Source of the DNA: Octopus bimaculoides
Lineage: Eukaryota
NCBI RefSeq assembly: GCF_001194135.2
Contig: NC_068988.1
Location: 95,612,421-95,676,420 of the forward strand
Direction: 5' to 3'
Length of the DNA stretch: 64,000 nt
Below are positions 1-14,800 of the stretch, piece by piece. The stretch's first letter is position 1; each line of letters opens with the position of its first letter. The position numbers and the translations under genes are program-made. A model generated the notes under the pieces. That model was not told the origin of the DNA. It saw only the letters and a list, made by a program, of their open reading frames with translations, and searched no databases.

Positions 1-248
1 ATACCTCGAGTCTTTGGTCCTCACGGCGCAGAAAATTGGCAAATCTTTTCTTATCTGCTTCCCCTCTGGCTAAATAAACCTGTCGCCTAGCCTCCCTTCT
101 GGCACATTGGTACAATTCCCTGCTACCACCGTTCTTCCAGTCCTTCCAAGCCTGTTTCTTTTGTCTAATAGCCCTGTCCACCACCACGTTACTCTGGGTC
201 GGGAGGGGACCTTACACCACCCACAAATCTGGTCGGTGGCTTTCAACA
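1..248 (-). mobile_element. RTE-clade LINE ORF fragment (APE-RT linker), frameshifted
   Basis: Minus translation LLKATDQICGWCKVPSRPRVTWWW / DRAIRQKKQAWKDWKNGGSRELYQCARREARRQVYLARGEADKKRF is typical of RTE linkers. Confidence 0.75.
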
Positions 249-2959
249 GGTTATATAAATATATATTATCAATTTATTCATTTATTAATAAATCAACAAT
301 TTACATATATATATATATATATATTTATGTAAAAATAAATAATACAGACACTCAAATGATTTCAGGACAAAAGACAAAGAATCGCCAAATAAATGTTAAC
401 ATATATTTATTATTTCATAAAGTTTTCTAATAATAATAATAAAAACAAGTTCAGTTCTGCAAAACAAAAATGAGAAACATCCCAAAGTTACAGACGTTGG
501 AATTTTCAGATGAGTTCTCATCAACATCACACAGTAATTATTACGGCCATGCTGGGGCACTGCCAAGTCTTTATTTTATTCACTTTTGTTTGTTTCGGTG
601 GGGAGAGGGATGTCTTTATTGTTAATTACTAATTACCTTTTTTTTCTATCACCAGAAACTTGTCCTTTGGATTATATATTCTTCGTAAAAGTAACAGCCT
701 ACTTCTTTCTTCAGCTTTGCTTAAACCTTTCCTTTTTTTTTTAGGGGGCAGGAGGGAATTGGAAGAAGACCATACATGGGTGAGATGTCAACCATTTTAA
801 CAGACTATTTTTTTATTTAATAACTTTTCTCTAAAAACTGTAACAGCTCAGACCACCCAGCTGCAAACAGGTACCACAACCCTGTGAACTTAAATTATTC
901 TTTACTTTGAGGTGATGAGCTCAAATTCTCCTGCAAAATGGTTAAGGTTTGCTCCAGCAATCTGACGTTTCTTTCAAAAGTAATGCCTTCAAGTGGTGGT
1001 ACCCAGGCGCAATGTTTTGGAGGAATATCAGTTTTATTTTAAAGAAACTGATAGAAACAACTCACTGAAAGATCAGCAAGTCATATTCCATTACTATGTT
1101 TGTGTCCATAGCAAAAATACTCAACTCTCAATGGCCCAGTCCACTACATACAGTGGCTCCATCTTACAACTGTAAATAGCAAAAGAGCACTATAAAACTG
1201 ATGAGTGTTCCTTTAAGCTTGCAAAGCTGAAAATCAACTGCTAATAGGTAAAGCTTGGTGAGGGATGGGACTCACTCACCCCCCCCCCTCTGGCTTACTC
1301 CTTTTGTTCAGCATAAAAAAATGAGATTGAGGAACCACCATCATTTAGATCCCTGTTATCTTTAGGGAGTTGATGGTGGAGACAATTCAAAAGAAATCTT
1401 CAGAAACCTAAGGAGTTTATTTTCAATGCATGCACATCACCACATCAACATCCCTATTGTCAATGCACAGAGTAAAATAATGTAGAATTTTAAGTGAAGC
1501 AAAGACCATGGAATTCATCTTAGCATTTATATTATTATTGATGCTGGTTAAACTGTTGATGATGTTGGTGGTGCAATGCCTTGCTCTTTATTAAATACCA
1601 GCTTGAAAACACAGTGGTAGAAAACAAAACAAACAAAAAACCATAAATGGCTTCAAGACATTTATGGTGTTTAATGGAGAAGAGTGAAACCTCCCCAAGG
1701 CGAGGAAGTCTATCTGTTTATCACAGGTAACATTATTCAGAGAAAGAATCCAAGCAATGCTGAATTAAGTGTTTGGCCAACAACACAACAAAAAAGACCA
1801 CTTGTGGACAGGAAGATTTGATACACAGGAAAAGGCAATCTGATATGTTATCCACAGAGCCATTTCTCCTCTCCACACAACATCAAGATGGCTCAAAAAG
1901 AAAGAATTTCATGGAGATCAAAAAAAAAAAAAAATTTTTTAAATTCCATGTTGTTGTGCCTGCAGATTAACTACCTACCTGTTCAAGCAAAAATTAGAGG
2001 TCAAGATTTTAATACTACACTTGTAGGAAACAAGATGAGCCCTTAACCCTGCCTTAAAGAACATGTCAACCTTTTATGGACATTCAGTGGAGCAGTAACC
2101 TGGTTTCTTACGTTGCAGTTTGTTGATAAAGAAAGCAGAATAAAGATCTTTGGCTGTGAGATTACGCTTTCAGACAAATAACTGACAACACTGGAACAGG
2201 TTGGAGTCTTACTGCAGCAGCCTCTTGGACAAATTATATAAATGGCCTAAATATACCTGGGTTACAGATTCCACAGCAATTTTATAACCGAATGGTTTAG
2301 ATAAGGCATTCTGCAGTAAAAACTTTTCTCTCTATAATATCAAAATCTACAAACTTCTAATCGAAAAAAGAAAAGAAAAATACATTTTCATTAGCATGGA
2401 ATTAATGCTGCAAAGGTAAAGAAAATGGTAAGTTACTAAACGTATGACAAAATATATTTCTTTGGTCTAACTTCACTTGAACATGTATAATTGTTTGTAA
2501 AGCAAGCTTTAAGAAACCACTTCCCTGTGTGTCCTGGCAGGTAATAATGACATTTTGTTCGTTTTTTTTTTACACAGAAATTTTGTTAAGACACAAAATA
2601 TATAATATTTACATCAGTAAATTTATAATGAAGTAAAGCTCTCGAAATATAACACTGTTCTGTGTGAGGTATAATTTACACACTTGAAATTAAGGTGGGT
2701 GGGATATATGATCCCCAAATGAATGAACAATCAATGACTACAGCATACCTGAGATTAAATTAGATTGGAATTGAAGAAATGAAAAATAAGGAATGGTCTC
2801 TAAAGGTGTGTTGCCTCGTATATTTACAAAACAAATATTAAGAGTAAAAGATGACATTCTCTAGTGAACAATATGACTGAATATATATATACACACACAC
2901 ATATATATATATATATAGATATATATAATTAGCTGAATCTGTGGTATGTGTGTATATAT

Positions 2960-3175
2960 ACAGGGTGCAATGGGTAATTTGTCGCTATTTTATATTTTTA
3001 ATTTCACGCATGTGCATGGTTTGTTTTTGATTTTGTCAACTACACAGTATAGTAGGGTCAGTTGGGTACCGTCTGTGAGAAAAACAGCCCCATGACACAA
3101 TTCACTGCCTGAAATTTGGAAACTACATGCTGGACTGCCTGGCAATTTGCACCAGAAGCTCCAATACAAACGTTC
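2960..3175 (+). mobile_element. Possible 5' end of a Tc1/mariner-type DNA transposon
   Basis: Begins TA-CAGGGTG after a TA microsatellite; a decayed MTQFT/PEIWK reading follows. No partner TIR found. Confidence 0.35.
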
Positions 3176-4472
3176 CTCTGTGTATGTATATATATATATA
3201 TAACATTTGTGTGTGTGTGTATATACATACATCTATATACACACATTTATATAGCTACATAGATAATACTGTGTGTGTGTGTGTGTACACACACAAACAT
3301 ATATATATATATATATATATGCACATGTGTATAATGATGCATTAATTCATGTACAAAGAAGTAAAGAGAGGCAATAATGTGTATATACACGTGTATTTGT
3401 ATATATGTGTGTGGGTGTATACATATATATACACAGACACACACAGATGGCACATGTAGTTAAACTTTTTACATATAAAATACATAATGAGAGGATTCCC
3501 CATGTATATATTTCTGATAGAAAATGTAGCAACCAAACACATGCTTGTGCCCATGTGTATGTGTTTACATGCATATTTACACTGATTTCAAAAACTACAT
3601 TAAATTGAATTAAAGTACACGTCTACATAACCTTATATGAAATGTGTGATTCTCACTTCAGTGTCTGTCCTACGTTAATTAGCAGACATTACAGAGTCAC
3701 TGAAGGGCCGAGAGATTTATGCATATGGCACTTATCGAAATTAGTTTGGTAAATGCCAATACACCAAACTGTTGCACCAGGAGACACTCAGTAATTTCTG
3801 CTGACTAATAAAAACATATTCATGTTTTAACTCCTTTTTCTGAGTATATATATATATTACCAAACAAATATATACATACATACACATGTATGTATATATA
3901 TATGTCCATGTATGTGTGTATATACATATATATGAATGCATGTATGTATATATATATATATATATGCAGGTATATATATACATAATTTTTTTGTGTGCCA
4001 AAATATTAAAGTGATTAACACATGAAAGTGTTAGAAGGAAATGTGTAAAATCTTTGATATGTGCAATATTTCAGCCACTAAATCCAAACACAGCAGATAT
4101 GCACAGATAATCCTTTTAGATGCCTGAAAAGGACAGACACCTGCATGGAACCAGGCTATGGATAATTCATCTATTAGCCCCAAAAGGTATATGTGCATGT
4201 ATTTGAGATATATATATATACAAAAAGGCAGGCAGCGATATGTTAAAATGTTTACGTAGCCACATCTCTCATTGAGAAACAGTGAAAGCTCGAAGCAATG
4301 AAAGTCATAAAATGGTGCCTTGTTCTAAAATTTGAAGGTAGGTGGGTGTGTGTGTGTGTGTGTGCATATATAAATATGTGTGCGCGGTTGAGGTGGGGGG
4401 AGGATTTAAAATGTTTAGAAAATAAAGATTGAATTGAAAATGAGGAAAGAGGCTAAATGTTAAAAGAAGATA

Positions 4473-4553
4473 CTAGGAAGAGAGGACATCTTCCATGTAA
4501 TCGAAAGGTATGTCAGGTTGGGAGAGTGTTTTGTCTGTCGTGAGGTCAGCAAG
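4473..4553 (-). CDS. CEP43: CEP43 last coding exon ([26 protein letters not shown])
   Basis: Long pyrimidine tract then CCAG|CTT, ending in TAG; matches LDDLTQDLTVSQLSDVADYLEDVA. Confidence 0.92.
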   Translation of the reverse strand, partial: LADLTTDKTLSQPDIPFDYMEDVLSS

Positions 4554-7500
4554 CTGGAAAAGAAAGAAAGAAATACAAAAACATTTGAAGACAAAAGTAA
4601 ATGAAAGAGAAAGTGTTAAAGAATATTTGGCAAAAAGCAGAAACTACAACAGGCCCTAGACTTATCATCTTTACAATGTTTTAATTGCATATTAGTTACG
4701 ACAGCAACCAGAAGCAAGCAAAGCAAAATTCCTTGGTTACTCTGCAATATTTCTGATTCCCATATACAGTGGCACTAGAATGCTTAGTTTTAACTTTTTG
4801 GAACCAAAGAATCTACTGATTCCATTTGCTATTTGAATGACAAGATTTTGTGGAATGACGGCCACAACATGTTTATAAGTTAAGGCGGTGAGTTGGGCGA
4901 AATGCTTAGCAGTGTTTCGTCTGTCTCTCTGTTCTGAGTTCAAATTCTGCCGAGGTCGACTTTGTCTTTCATCCTTTCGGGGTTGATGAAATAAGTACCA
5001 GTTATGCACTGGGGTCAACTTAATCCCTTTGTTTGTCCCCTCTATGTTTAGCCCTCTGTGGGCAATAAATGTTTATAAGTTTGAATGAAGTAACAACATT
5101 GCTCAGCGGATACAATACAGCATCAACAGCTCATGGTGTTTCATTCCAGTTTAACAAAATGGTGGAAAGCTCACACAGGGAAATTACCAAAGACAGACAG
5201 ATGGAAGACACAAACCTGTTTAGAAGTAAATTTATCTCTCATCTGCTTGAGATTTTTTTGTCATGTGACACAACGAAGAGAATCTCTAATTGGTAAGTTG
5301 ACATTCTAGAAATAGCAGGCAAATCATCATAGCACACCTAACAGGATAATGGGTCCCTCGATATATTTACTCCCACAAAGGCTTTTGATCATGCTTAACA
5401 ACAAAAACACAAAATTCTTGGCTTTCTTTCCAACGGATGTTCACAATTGCAGGTCAGCACTGAATGTGCAACCACAAGTTTTCTAAATGAAATAAAAATA
5501 AAAGAAAGAATCAAAATAGAAATGATGACTTACTTCACTGTTTTCGCTTTTGGACAGTTCTTGAGACAGATCCAGTTCTTCTTCAATTTCTTCAACAATA
5601 CTGCCACCAGTTATTTTGACTTTTCCATCGAATCGGCTTCTGTTGGTGCTGAACAAAGAGGAAAACAATGTGGCAAGTTGAGATCCATCTTCAGACATTT
5701 AAGATGAATGGAACTTTGATAAATATAAAACAGATGTTGGACGAGTGACAAGATGGCTGTGACTTGAAACTTTGATCAGTTGGTGATTCTTCACAGTCTC
5801 ACACACACACATTGCACTACTGATCACAGGTTAACATTATAATTCTGTCACTCAGACCAACATCTAAGATTGTCTACAAAAGAAGGCTGACCAAGTGATT
5901 GGCAATGAGTCACTCACAGACTTACCGTTTCTTCTTCTTCTCTCTGCTACTACAAATGTCTTTATTTGTCTGACTTAACTAAATAGTCCCTCTTCTTCCT
6001 CCACATCGACCTCTCTCTTTTCCTCCAACCACTCCAATTGTCACATCAAACCCTCAACATTTGACCCAATCCTTTCTCTCTCCCCCTGAAATTCCTTCCT
6101 CCACAGACATTGACCAATCAAGGACATCTTGCAAATCTCATGGACAATGCCACCCACCCTGCCCTGCCCCGTCTCCTTAAAATCCAGAAGCATGTTATGT
6201 TTCTACCTACTCTTCACTGGCAAAATCTTCATCATAGTCATCATCATCATCATCATCCTCCTCCTCAGTAGTAGTAGTGGTGGTGGTAGTCGTGGTAATA
6301 TTGTTCTTGTCACTTCCAGAAGTTTCCACTGAAGAGGGAAAAAAAAAACTTTTATTTTAACAGATTTAATTTGAGAAATGGATCAAAGTAGAAATCTATA
6401 AAACTCTCAATAACTTGGTTTGTGATCAATATAGATGCTGTAAGAATTAATCATCAATAACTACAGATGCTCTAAGAATCAAGTTGGCAGACGTGTCCAG
6501 TGGTCAATAGGTTAATCCAGGAAAATTAAAAACTGACAGAAACAAGTATCAAACAGCAGCACTGTATTTCATTATCATCATCATCGTTTAACGTCCGTTT
6601 TCCATGCTGGATTTCATTCCGTCTCAAAAACCAAACTCTTCAGAAAGACAAATCATATATTTTGTAGTTGTGTCTTTGATATTGCAACAATCTTACAATC
6701 TTCAAAATAACTAAAGAATGTTCAAAGAACTGCTTGGTTGTTATTAGCATTGTCCCAGTACTGAAGACTGGGTGTTTGGATCCCTTTGCACCCCATTCCT
6801 AACAATATCCCCTTCTAATTCCTATGGCATCAGTTTCTGTCACATAAACTGGAAGAATTTGTCTCAAATCATTCAACAAATGAGAGGAATCAAATGTCAG
6901 AAGAGACGAAAATAATTGAAGAAATGGTAACTTACCAAACTTGAGATCAACAACTTTTTTGTTGAGGTTCGTTAAGGGATCTGAAACAAATTAGGAGTGA
7001 ATTTGAGAAATCAACAATTAAATATTCAAATGATGCCAGATTTTTAGGGGTCAATATAAGACAATGTATTTCTCTACACTAAATATAAACATTAATTAAG
7101 AGAAGATTTATTTACAGAAGATGTCAGCACAAGAGCCTGTCTTTATATTCCATCTGTAGATTCCATTTCTCCACAGATTTATGCTCAAAATTACCAATAT
7201 CTTAATGCTTATTTTTCCAAGATGGCATCGATTAGATAGGTCTGAAATGCTGCTGCTGTTCACCCTGTGTTACCAATGTCTGTGGAGTGCAACATCATCG
7301 GATCTAATCTCAGCATTTGCTCCCATGTCTTCCTTGGCCTTTTATTTCCTACAATCATAACACTCACCATTTTACTAACCAACCCAGTTGTCAACCCTGC
7401 GGCAATCACTGGCACCAATTAATCCTAATTAATTCTCAGTTGATGCTTTGGCTCCCTTGTATTCCATTCCCCCCCCCCAAGAACCCTCACTTGATCCCAT

Positions 7501-10373
7501 CTCATCAGCTTCTCTACTTCATCCACTTCCATTTCTCCAGAACCTAACATCAATTCATTGTCTGTGAGGAAAGGTGAAAACTGAGGGTTCAAGTACTCTT
7601 CACATTTCTCCGAAGGGCCTGGCTCTTAAACCTCAAGGTTCCTCCTCACATGGCACATGAACTACCCTCCTCCCTTATTTCACCAAATAAAAACTTACCT
7701 TTGTTAAGGATTTCGTTGTTTTCTTTGGCAGAATTTGATATTTTAGGCACAAATGTTACAGGTTTAGCTTGGAAAAGGGTACAGTCATCAGCAGCAGTAG
7801 TTTTCTGGCCCCAGTTGGTATCCCTAAACGCAAAACATAATATATATATATAAATATACACACAAATCATCATCATCATTACCATCATTTTAACAAACAC
7901 TTCTTTATGCTTGTAGAGGTTGGACAAAATTTGTTGAGGCAGATTTTCATCAACTCAAAAACACAGAATTAAATTCTCAGCCAAATTTCTGGATTAGAAA
8001 TTTTTCTTTTTTTTTTTACATAAAAGGCATCACATTTACAGAGAAAGGAAAACTCAGATTGTGAGGCATTCATGCCCTTCTCAAAGCAACAGAAGCAAAA
8101 CAAAATAACATCCTGAAACAGAAATTGAATCCCCGACTGATCTTAAGAACTTTTAAAATGTGAACCATTGTGGAAGCCCTTTTAAGACATTTTAAGGATC
8201 AAGGTTTAAGGTCTGAATAGGTTTTTAGGGACCAATACTCTTTTATTCTTTTACTTGTTTCAGTCATTTCACTGCGGCCATGCTGGAGCACCACCTTTAG
8301 TCGAGCAAATCAACCCCGGCACTAATTCTTTGTGAGCCTAGGACTTATTCTATTGGCCTCTTTTGCCGAACCGCTAAGTTACGGGGATGTAAACACACCA
8401 ACATCGGTTGTCAAGCGATGTTGGGGAGACAAACACATATACACAACGGCTTCTTTCAGTTTCCATCTACCAAATCCACTCACAAGGCTTTGGTAGGCCC
8501 AAGGCTATAGTAGAAGACATTTTCCCAAGGTGCCACACAATGGGACTGANNNNNNNNNNAAGGCTATAGTAGAAGACATTTTCCCAAGGTGCCACACAAT
8601 GGGACTGAACCCGGAACCATGTGGTTCGTATGCAAGCTACTTACCACACAGCCACTCCTACACCTACAATTACTTAACACTTAATTTCTTCTTCAAAACA
8701 AGAGACTGACACAAGTCAAGTGTCTCCTCTCAAAGACATGTGTTAGGAGGAGGGAGGGAAGTACTATAATGGTTATGATGGTAGTGGTATGGTGGTTGTA
8801 GTATGAGATGTGAGAGCATAAATGGATTTCAACCCGCAGGATTTGAAATCAAAATTGAAAATATTGGAAGTTATCTAACCTTACAGATCCACTGAGGCCC
8901 CACCACTAGTGAAGGACTGACCAACAAAATTAGACATGGTAGAGTTTGAACTCACTATGAAGAGGATCAAAACTAAACACTGTAAACTCTTTTGTTGTCC
9001 CAAGTTTGCCTGAGAAGAAAGTTAGGTTTGGCAGGATTTGAACCCAACATGCAGTGGATGACAAAACTAAACACAATAAAAGCAAACAATTTAAATTTTA
9101 CAATAAAGAAACAAAAAATATAAATAAGATTTTTCTGAATTTGCTCTTAAAAAAAAAAAAGAAACTTTGCAAAGATGGAACAGAGGAAGATTGCACACAT
9201 TTACAAAGTGAAGATTATGAATGAAGTCAATTATTATTTGTCTTTTGTTTGTCAATGTTTATACAGTGAGATTAAGTAATTTGGGAGCAAAACAAGGCGA
9301 GATTCAATAGATATTGGGATGCACTCCAACTTAATGTTACAACTATAACAATAACAACATAAATAGGCCTTCACAATTTCTCTATACAGGATGTTGCAAT
9401 GGGCGGCGCAGTAAAAAAAAAAGCAAGATTTCAAAAATTCAACCCACCACCACCAGCACCACCACAACAACAACAGCAACACCCAAACATTAAATTACAA
9501 AGAACAAAAAAAAAAATTCCTTTCAGGAGGAGAAGGAAGAGGAGAGTTTATGGAAAATAATACATTAAACTTACACGAGAAATATTGCTGAGATCAGACT
9601 CAGCACAAAGCAAGTCTTTTCTTGTGTTGTTAGTTTTTTTTATACTGTTTTTTTTTAAAAACCCTCCTCCACCATCACCACCATATACACTTCTGTGCTA
9701 CATTGAAAATAACACAGAAAATACAAGTAAAATTTAACACAGCAAAATATCCATCCATTGGAAATACTTGAAATAAAAATATAACCAAGTAATTTCGGGA
9801 TATTTTTTTTTTCCCCTTTTTGTTCTACATTTTTTTTTTCAGTCCATTATAAACAAAAAAAAAATAAAATAACACCAAAGAAAATGAACAAAAATAATTT
9901 TAAACCATTGAAAATTTATCTAAAACTAAACTAAAATAAAATAAGTAAAAATAAATAAAATAAGTTTATTGAAAAAAAAAAAGAAAGAGAAAGAGAAAGT
10001 AAAAGAATCAAAACTAAACAGAGTCGGCAGTTCCATGATTTAGATGCAAGAACAGGAACGGTGTTTAGCTATGCAAGTTTGAGAAGAGTCACCCAAGCAG
10101 ACTGGCTTCTCTGTAACTGCTTTGCTAGGCCTCGTGTTGACTGTTGATTCTGAACACAAGCCTGACACGATGCCAGAAGATGTGAGCTGTGTGACGCTGG
10201 AGAAGCAAATGATGCGTGGCGCTGTGAGCAAGCGATTCGCATGACGAGTTCGACGCACAACTGATGTTGCCAAGACGATTACCGCCTCCTAATTCCAATA
10301 TTTCCACAGTTTTCTCTTAATGTCCACAGTTTTGTTTACTCCATTAACTAGTGATTCTGGACATTTCTCCATG

Positions 10374-10406
<33 letters not shown>

Positions 10407-10484
10407 ACAAACACACACACACACACAACACACATACACACAAACAGTAACATACAAGCTTACAAATAAAATGAATGACAATGT

Positions 10485-10516
<32 letters not shown>

Positions 10517-10804
10517 NNNNNNNNNNNNNNNNNNNNNNNNNNNNNNNNNNNNNNNNNNNNNNNNNNNNNNNNACAAGCACTGAGATGTTTCTGGTGGTTT
10601 TTAAAGAGGAGAAAGCAAAAACCAAAATAAAACAAAAAAAAAATGAACAAAAAAAAGGAGGAAGAGAAACAAGAGAAGAATAGAGGGAGGAGAGGAGGAG
10701 GAGGGAAAGAAAGGAAAATAATGCCAAAGTATAACAAACTTCAAAGAAACCAATTTAATGGCAAAAAGTAGAAAAATACAAAAGATTTTATTAAAAATAC
10801 ATAA

Positions 10805-10842
<38 letters not shown>

Positions 10843-11241
10843 GTGTATATATACATATATGTATGTATGTATATATATACACATGTATGTATGTATATAT
10901 ATACACATGTATGTATGTATATGTGTATGTATATGTGTGTGTGTATATGTATGCATATATATATAGACACACACAACACACCATTGGAAATGGATGGCTA
11001 TGAGGGTGGGGAGGAGGGTTAAAGATAAATAAATAGAAAGTTTGGTTGGAGGGGGGGGATGAGAAAATTTATTAAACTGGAAAGTGTAGCAAGGAGAGAA
11101 GAGAAGAGAAGTCGCCAGGAGAGAAGAGAACGAAAGATAATGGAACAGAATAGAATATATTGTGTTGTGTTGTGATATGATATAATAATAACAGAAACAG
11201 ATATAGATAACAACAACAACAACAACAGTAGTAGTAACAAC

Positions 11242-11276
<35 letters not shown>

Positions 11277-11364
11277 CAATGATAAGCTGAAGAAGAGACG
11301 GAACTCGTGAGAAAGTGATTAATGTTAAGTCCGGAAAAATTAAGTCTGAAACAAGAATAGAATT

Positions 11365-11398
<34 letters not shown>

Positions 11399-11419
11399 CA
11401 CATATATATAGTCAGAGAG

Positions 11420-11461
<42 letters not shown>

Positions 11462-11586
11462 GCAGATAGATATTCACACACATACATACACACATACATA
11501 GTCATATATGTATACATATATGCACATGTATATATAAATACACTATATTCACAGAGAGAGAGAGAAAAACATTTATATATATATAT

Positions 11587-11638
<52 letters not shown>

Positions 11639-11667
11639 NNNNNNNNNNNNNNNNNNNNNNNNNNNNN

Positions 11668-11723
<56 letters not shown>

Positions 11724-11822
11724 CTCAAACACATACATGTATAGTCATACATATATATATCTACATATGTACATATACACACATGCATATATGCATTCAT
11801 ATACACATAAATATACAAAAAA

Positions 11823-11859
<37 letters not shown>

Positions 11860-14800
11860 CATACATACATACACATGCATGTGTATACATATAGAGATAT
11901 AGCTATATGTATGTGTGTATGTATACACACAAGCACACACACACATATACACAGATGTTTATATGTTTGTACACATGTATATGAAATATACACACACACA
12001 CATATATATATATATTCATATATAATTATATACATATGTACATACCAGAAATTCTGTCCAATATAGAGCAGAATATTAGAGAGCAATATAGACAGTGGTA
12101 GACAAACTCAATTATCAACGAGATCAAACTATGAAATAATTGAAAGCCAGATTCACAGAGAACTTCACAAGAGATTCTTCGTAAATTGTCGAAAGCTAAT
12201 TAAAAACTTTGCTTCAATTTTTGTAATTTATTACATAGAATCCACCTCCTCCTTTATAACACATCATCCAGAAATATTTCGTTTCCTACAGAAGAGCCAA
12301 AATAATGGCCTTATCTATATGTATTGTATTTGTGTCAATGTACACACACATACATTGAGATAGATATAAATTTATATACACATACTTGTATATACATACA
12401 TGTGTGTATATATATATATATATCAATTACAATGTATTTAGACGAAAGAAAAAGAATATGAAGAAAATTTGATATATCAAAGATTATGGGTCATAAGTCC
12501 AACCTGAACGCTACAGGTCGCAACTCCAAATTAAATCACGCATAGTTTACAGTGCTAAGTTCAACTCCTTTGAGAGAGGCATGAACTCCACAAAACTAAG
12601 TTACCAAAATGCACCACATGAAGACCAAGTCTTTGATGGGTTTTGTTTATGGCCATGCTCAGGCCAAAATATTACCTCTTCAAAAATAACCACTGTATGC
12701 CAGAATGCACAACATGGACACAGGACAGAGTAAAGTTCAACAGACTCAGAATGGTGCACGTTGTGTGAGTTTTTTTTCAGAAACCTTTTAATAACAATCT
12801 CCAAACTATAGGTGACTGTTCTACAACTGGCACCAGACACAAATTTACAATCATCATTAATGTTCCTTCTAATTTTTACTAGTTGATGTACACAAAACAT
12901 AACAAAAAAAACAAAAACTTTTGATGTGCAAATTTGTTTTCTCTGTGATGTGACAATGTTTGCGTTCCTGTAGATGGACACAGAATGCATAATTAGTACA
13001 ACTGTTAATTACCTTTTGTACACACATTAATTCTTTTCTTGTAGGCCTATTAATTCCTTTTGTGTGCTGGTTACAAAATGTCTGCACACACACACACAGC
13101 TATGATCATCACACGCTTTTCTCTGGCACGGTGTACATAAGACTACAATCACCCAATGGGTCCTTCCCTTTTTTAATGTTTGCAGGAGAGTGAGGTCGCA
13201 CCAATACAGTTGTCAATATAACAGCCACATAGTTCAGGAGTGGGGCCAGTGAAACTTGAGAATATTTGGGCCTCGACGTAGCCAACGAACAGGTTTGCAT
13301 AGCTGGGGCCCATTCTCGTACCCATGGCCACTCCCGAGAATGCTGGTTAAAAATCACCAGCGAACGAGACTGTCAGTCACAAATGACGATGGGTGCACCT
13401 AAGAGGTTCCCCTCCGGGGTACAATTCTGGGTGGAAAATCACCTCACCAGCAAACGCACAACTGAGGATTGTTTTTATGGAAGACCATCAGTCACCCAGG
13501 GATACCAGCCTCCCCTCTTCATCCAAGAGAAAGGCAAAGGGGCCAATACAGCTTGGCACCAATAATGTCACAACTCATTTCTACAGCTCAGTGAACTGGA
13601 GCAATGTGAAATAAAGTGTCTTGCTCAAGAACACAACATGCAGCTCAGCCCAGGAATCGAACTCACAACCTCATGATCACAAGCTCAACGCTCTAACCAC
13701 TGAGCCATGTGCCTTCATATATATANNNNNNNNNNNNNNNNNNNNNNNNNNNNNNNNNNNNNNNNNNNNNNNNNNNNNNNNNNNNNNNNNNNNNNNNNNN
13801 NNNNNNNNNNNNNNNNNNNNNNNNNNNNNNNNNNNNNNNNNNNNNNNNNNNNNNNNNNNNNNNNNNNNNNNNNNNNNNNNNNNNNNNNNNNNNNNNNNNN
13901 NNNNNNNNNNNNNNNNNNNNNNNNNNNNNNNNNNNNNNNNNNNNNNNNNNNNNNNNNNNNNNNNNNNNNNNNNNNNNNNNNNNNNNNNNNNNNNNNNNNN
14001 NNNNNNNNNNNNNNNNNNNNNNNNNNNNNNNNNNNNNNNNNNNNNNNNNNNNNNNNNNNNNNNNNNNNNNNNNNNNNNNNNNNNNNNNNNNNNNNNNNNN
14101 NNNNNNNNNNNNNNNNNNNNNNNNNATAAAGCACAGGCTGTCCACGACTCCCATTAGATATATCGATGTTATTTTTACTTGAGTTCATTTCTGAAGAAAT
14201 CAAAAGAAATGTCATCCGCACGACTGCACATTCTACTAAAACAGATATTTTGTCAGAACTGTTAAACTTCGTCTCAATTCTAGTCGATTATGTCTGATTC
14301 AGTAGACTCTGGAATCTAAATAATTATCGTTCCTCTCTGGAAACTAACCAGACTAAGCAGAATATCTTCTTTTGCTACACTTCACTGAACGGAACTACAT
14401 GCAGTCACGTTTAATATACGTCTCCTAACACTGGTTTTGGAAGAAAAAAAAAAAACAGTCATTTTATATCACAATTTGTAAACAACAGCATCATTGGTTC
14501 CACGTCTCTGACTGGTTCACTGCATTTATGACAAGGTTGACAGGGGAGTGTCTGTAACTCGGGGAAGAACAAATACTACAACTGACTTCACTCATAGAGC
14601 AGTGTTTCCTCCTCCTCCTTTCTTTGGCCAATAATTATGTTTCAGTAATACACACTGGTGAAACATACAGACATACACATACATACACACACACACACCA
14701 AGCACATGTTCACACACACACAGCTTCTCATGAATTCTGGCCATGATAGAAACCCCAAGCATAAGATTCTGTGACATGGGACTGAACTCAGAACCATGTG

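Noticed and set aside
1198-1240. CTGATGA...GAAA hammerhead candidate
   Set aside because: No coherent stem II or stem I pairing. Other isolated CTGATGA hits were rejected for the same reason.
5926-5969. Exon-like segment with a GTAAGT donor ([15 protein letters not shown])
   Set aside because: Weak acceptor, and its phase 0 start is incompatible with exon 14, which joins exon 15 directly in phase 2.
8501-8610. Identical roughly 50-bp direct repeat within SINE A
   Set aside because: The copies flank a short N gap, so this is probably a contig-overlap assembly artefact.
10351-12086. Many long ORFs ([12 protein letters not shown] runs) here and at 3-4 kb, 19 kb, 21 kb and 32 kb
   Set aside because: They are translations of microsatellites.
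12601-13093. 129-aa and 74-aa minus-strand ORFs
   Set aside because: No recognisable domain, not a real C2H2 pattern, and no good splice boundaries.
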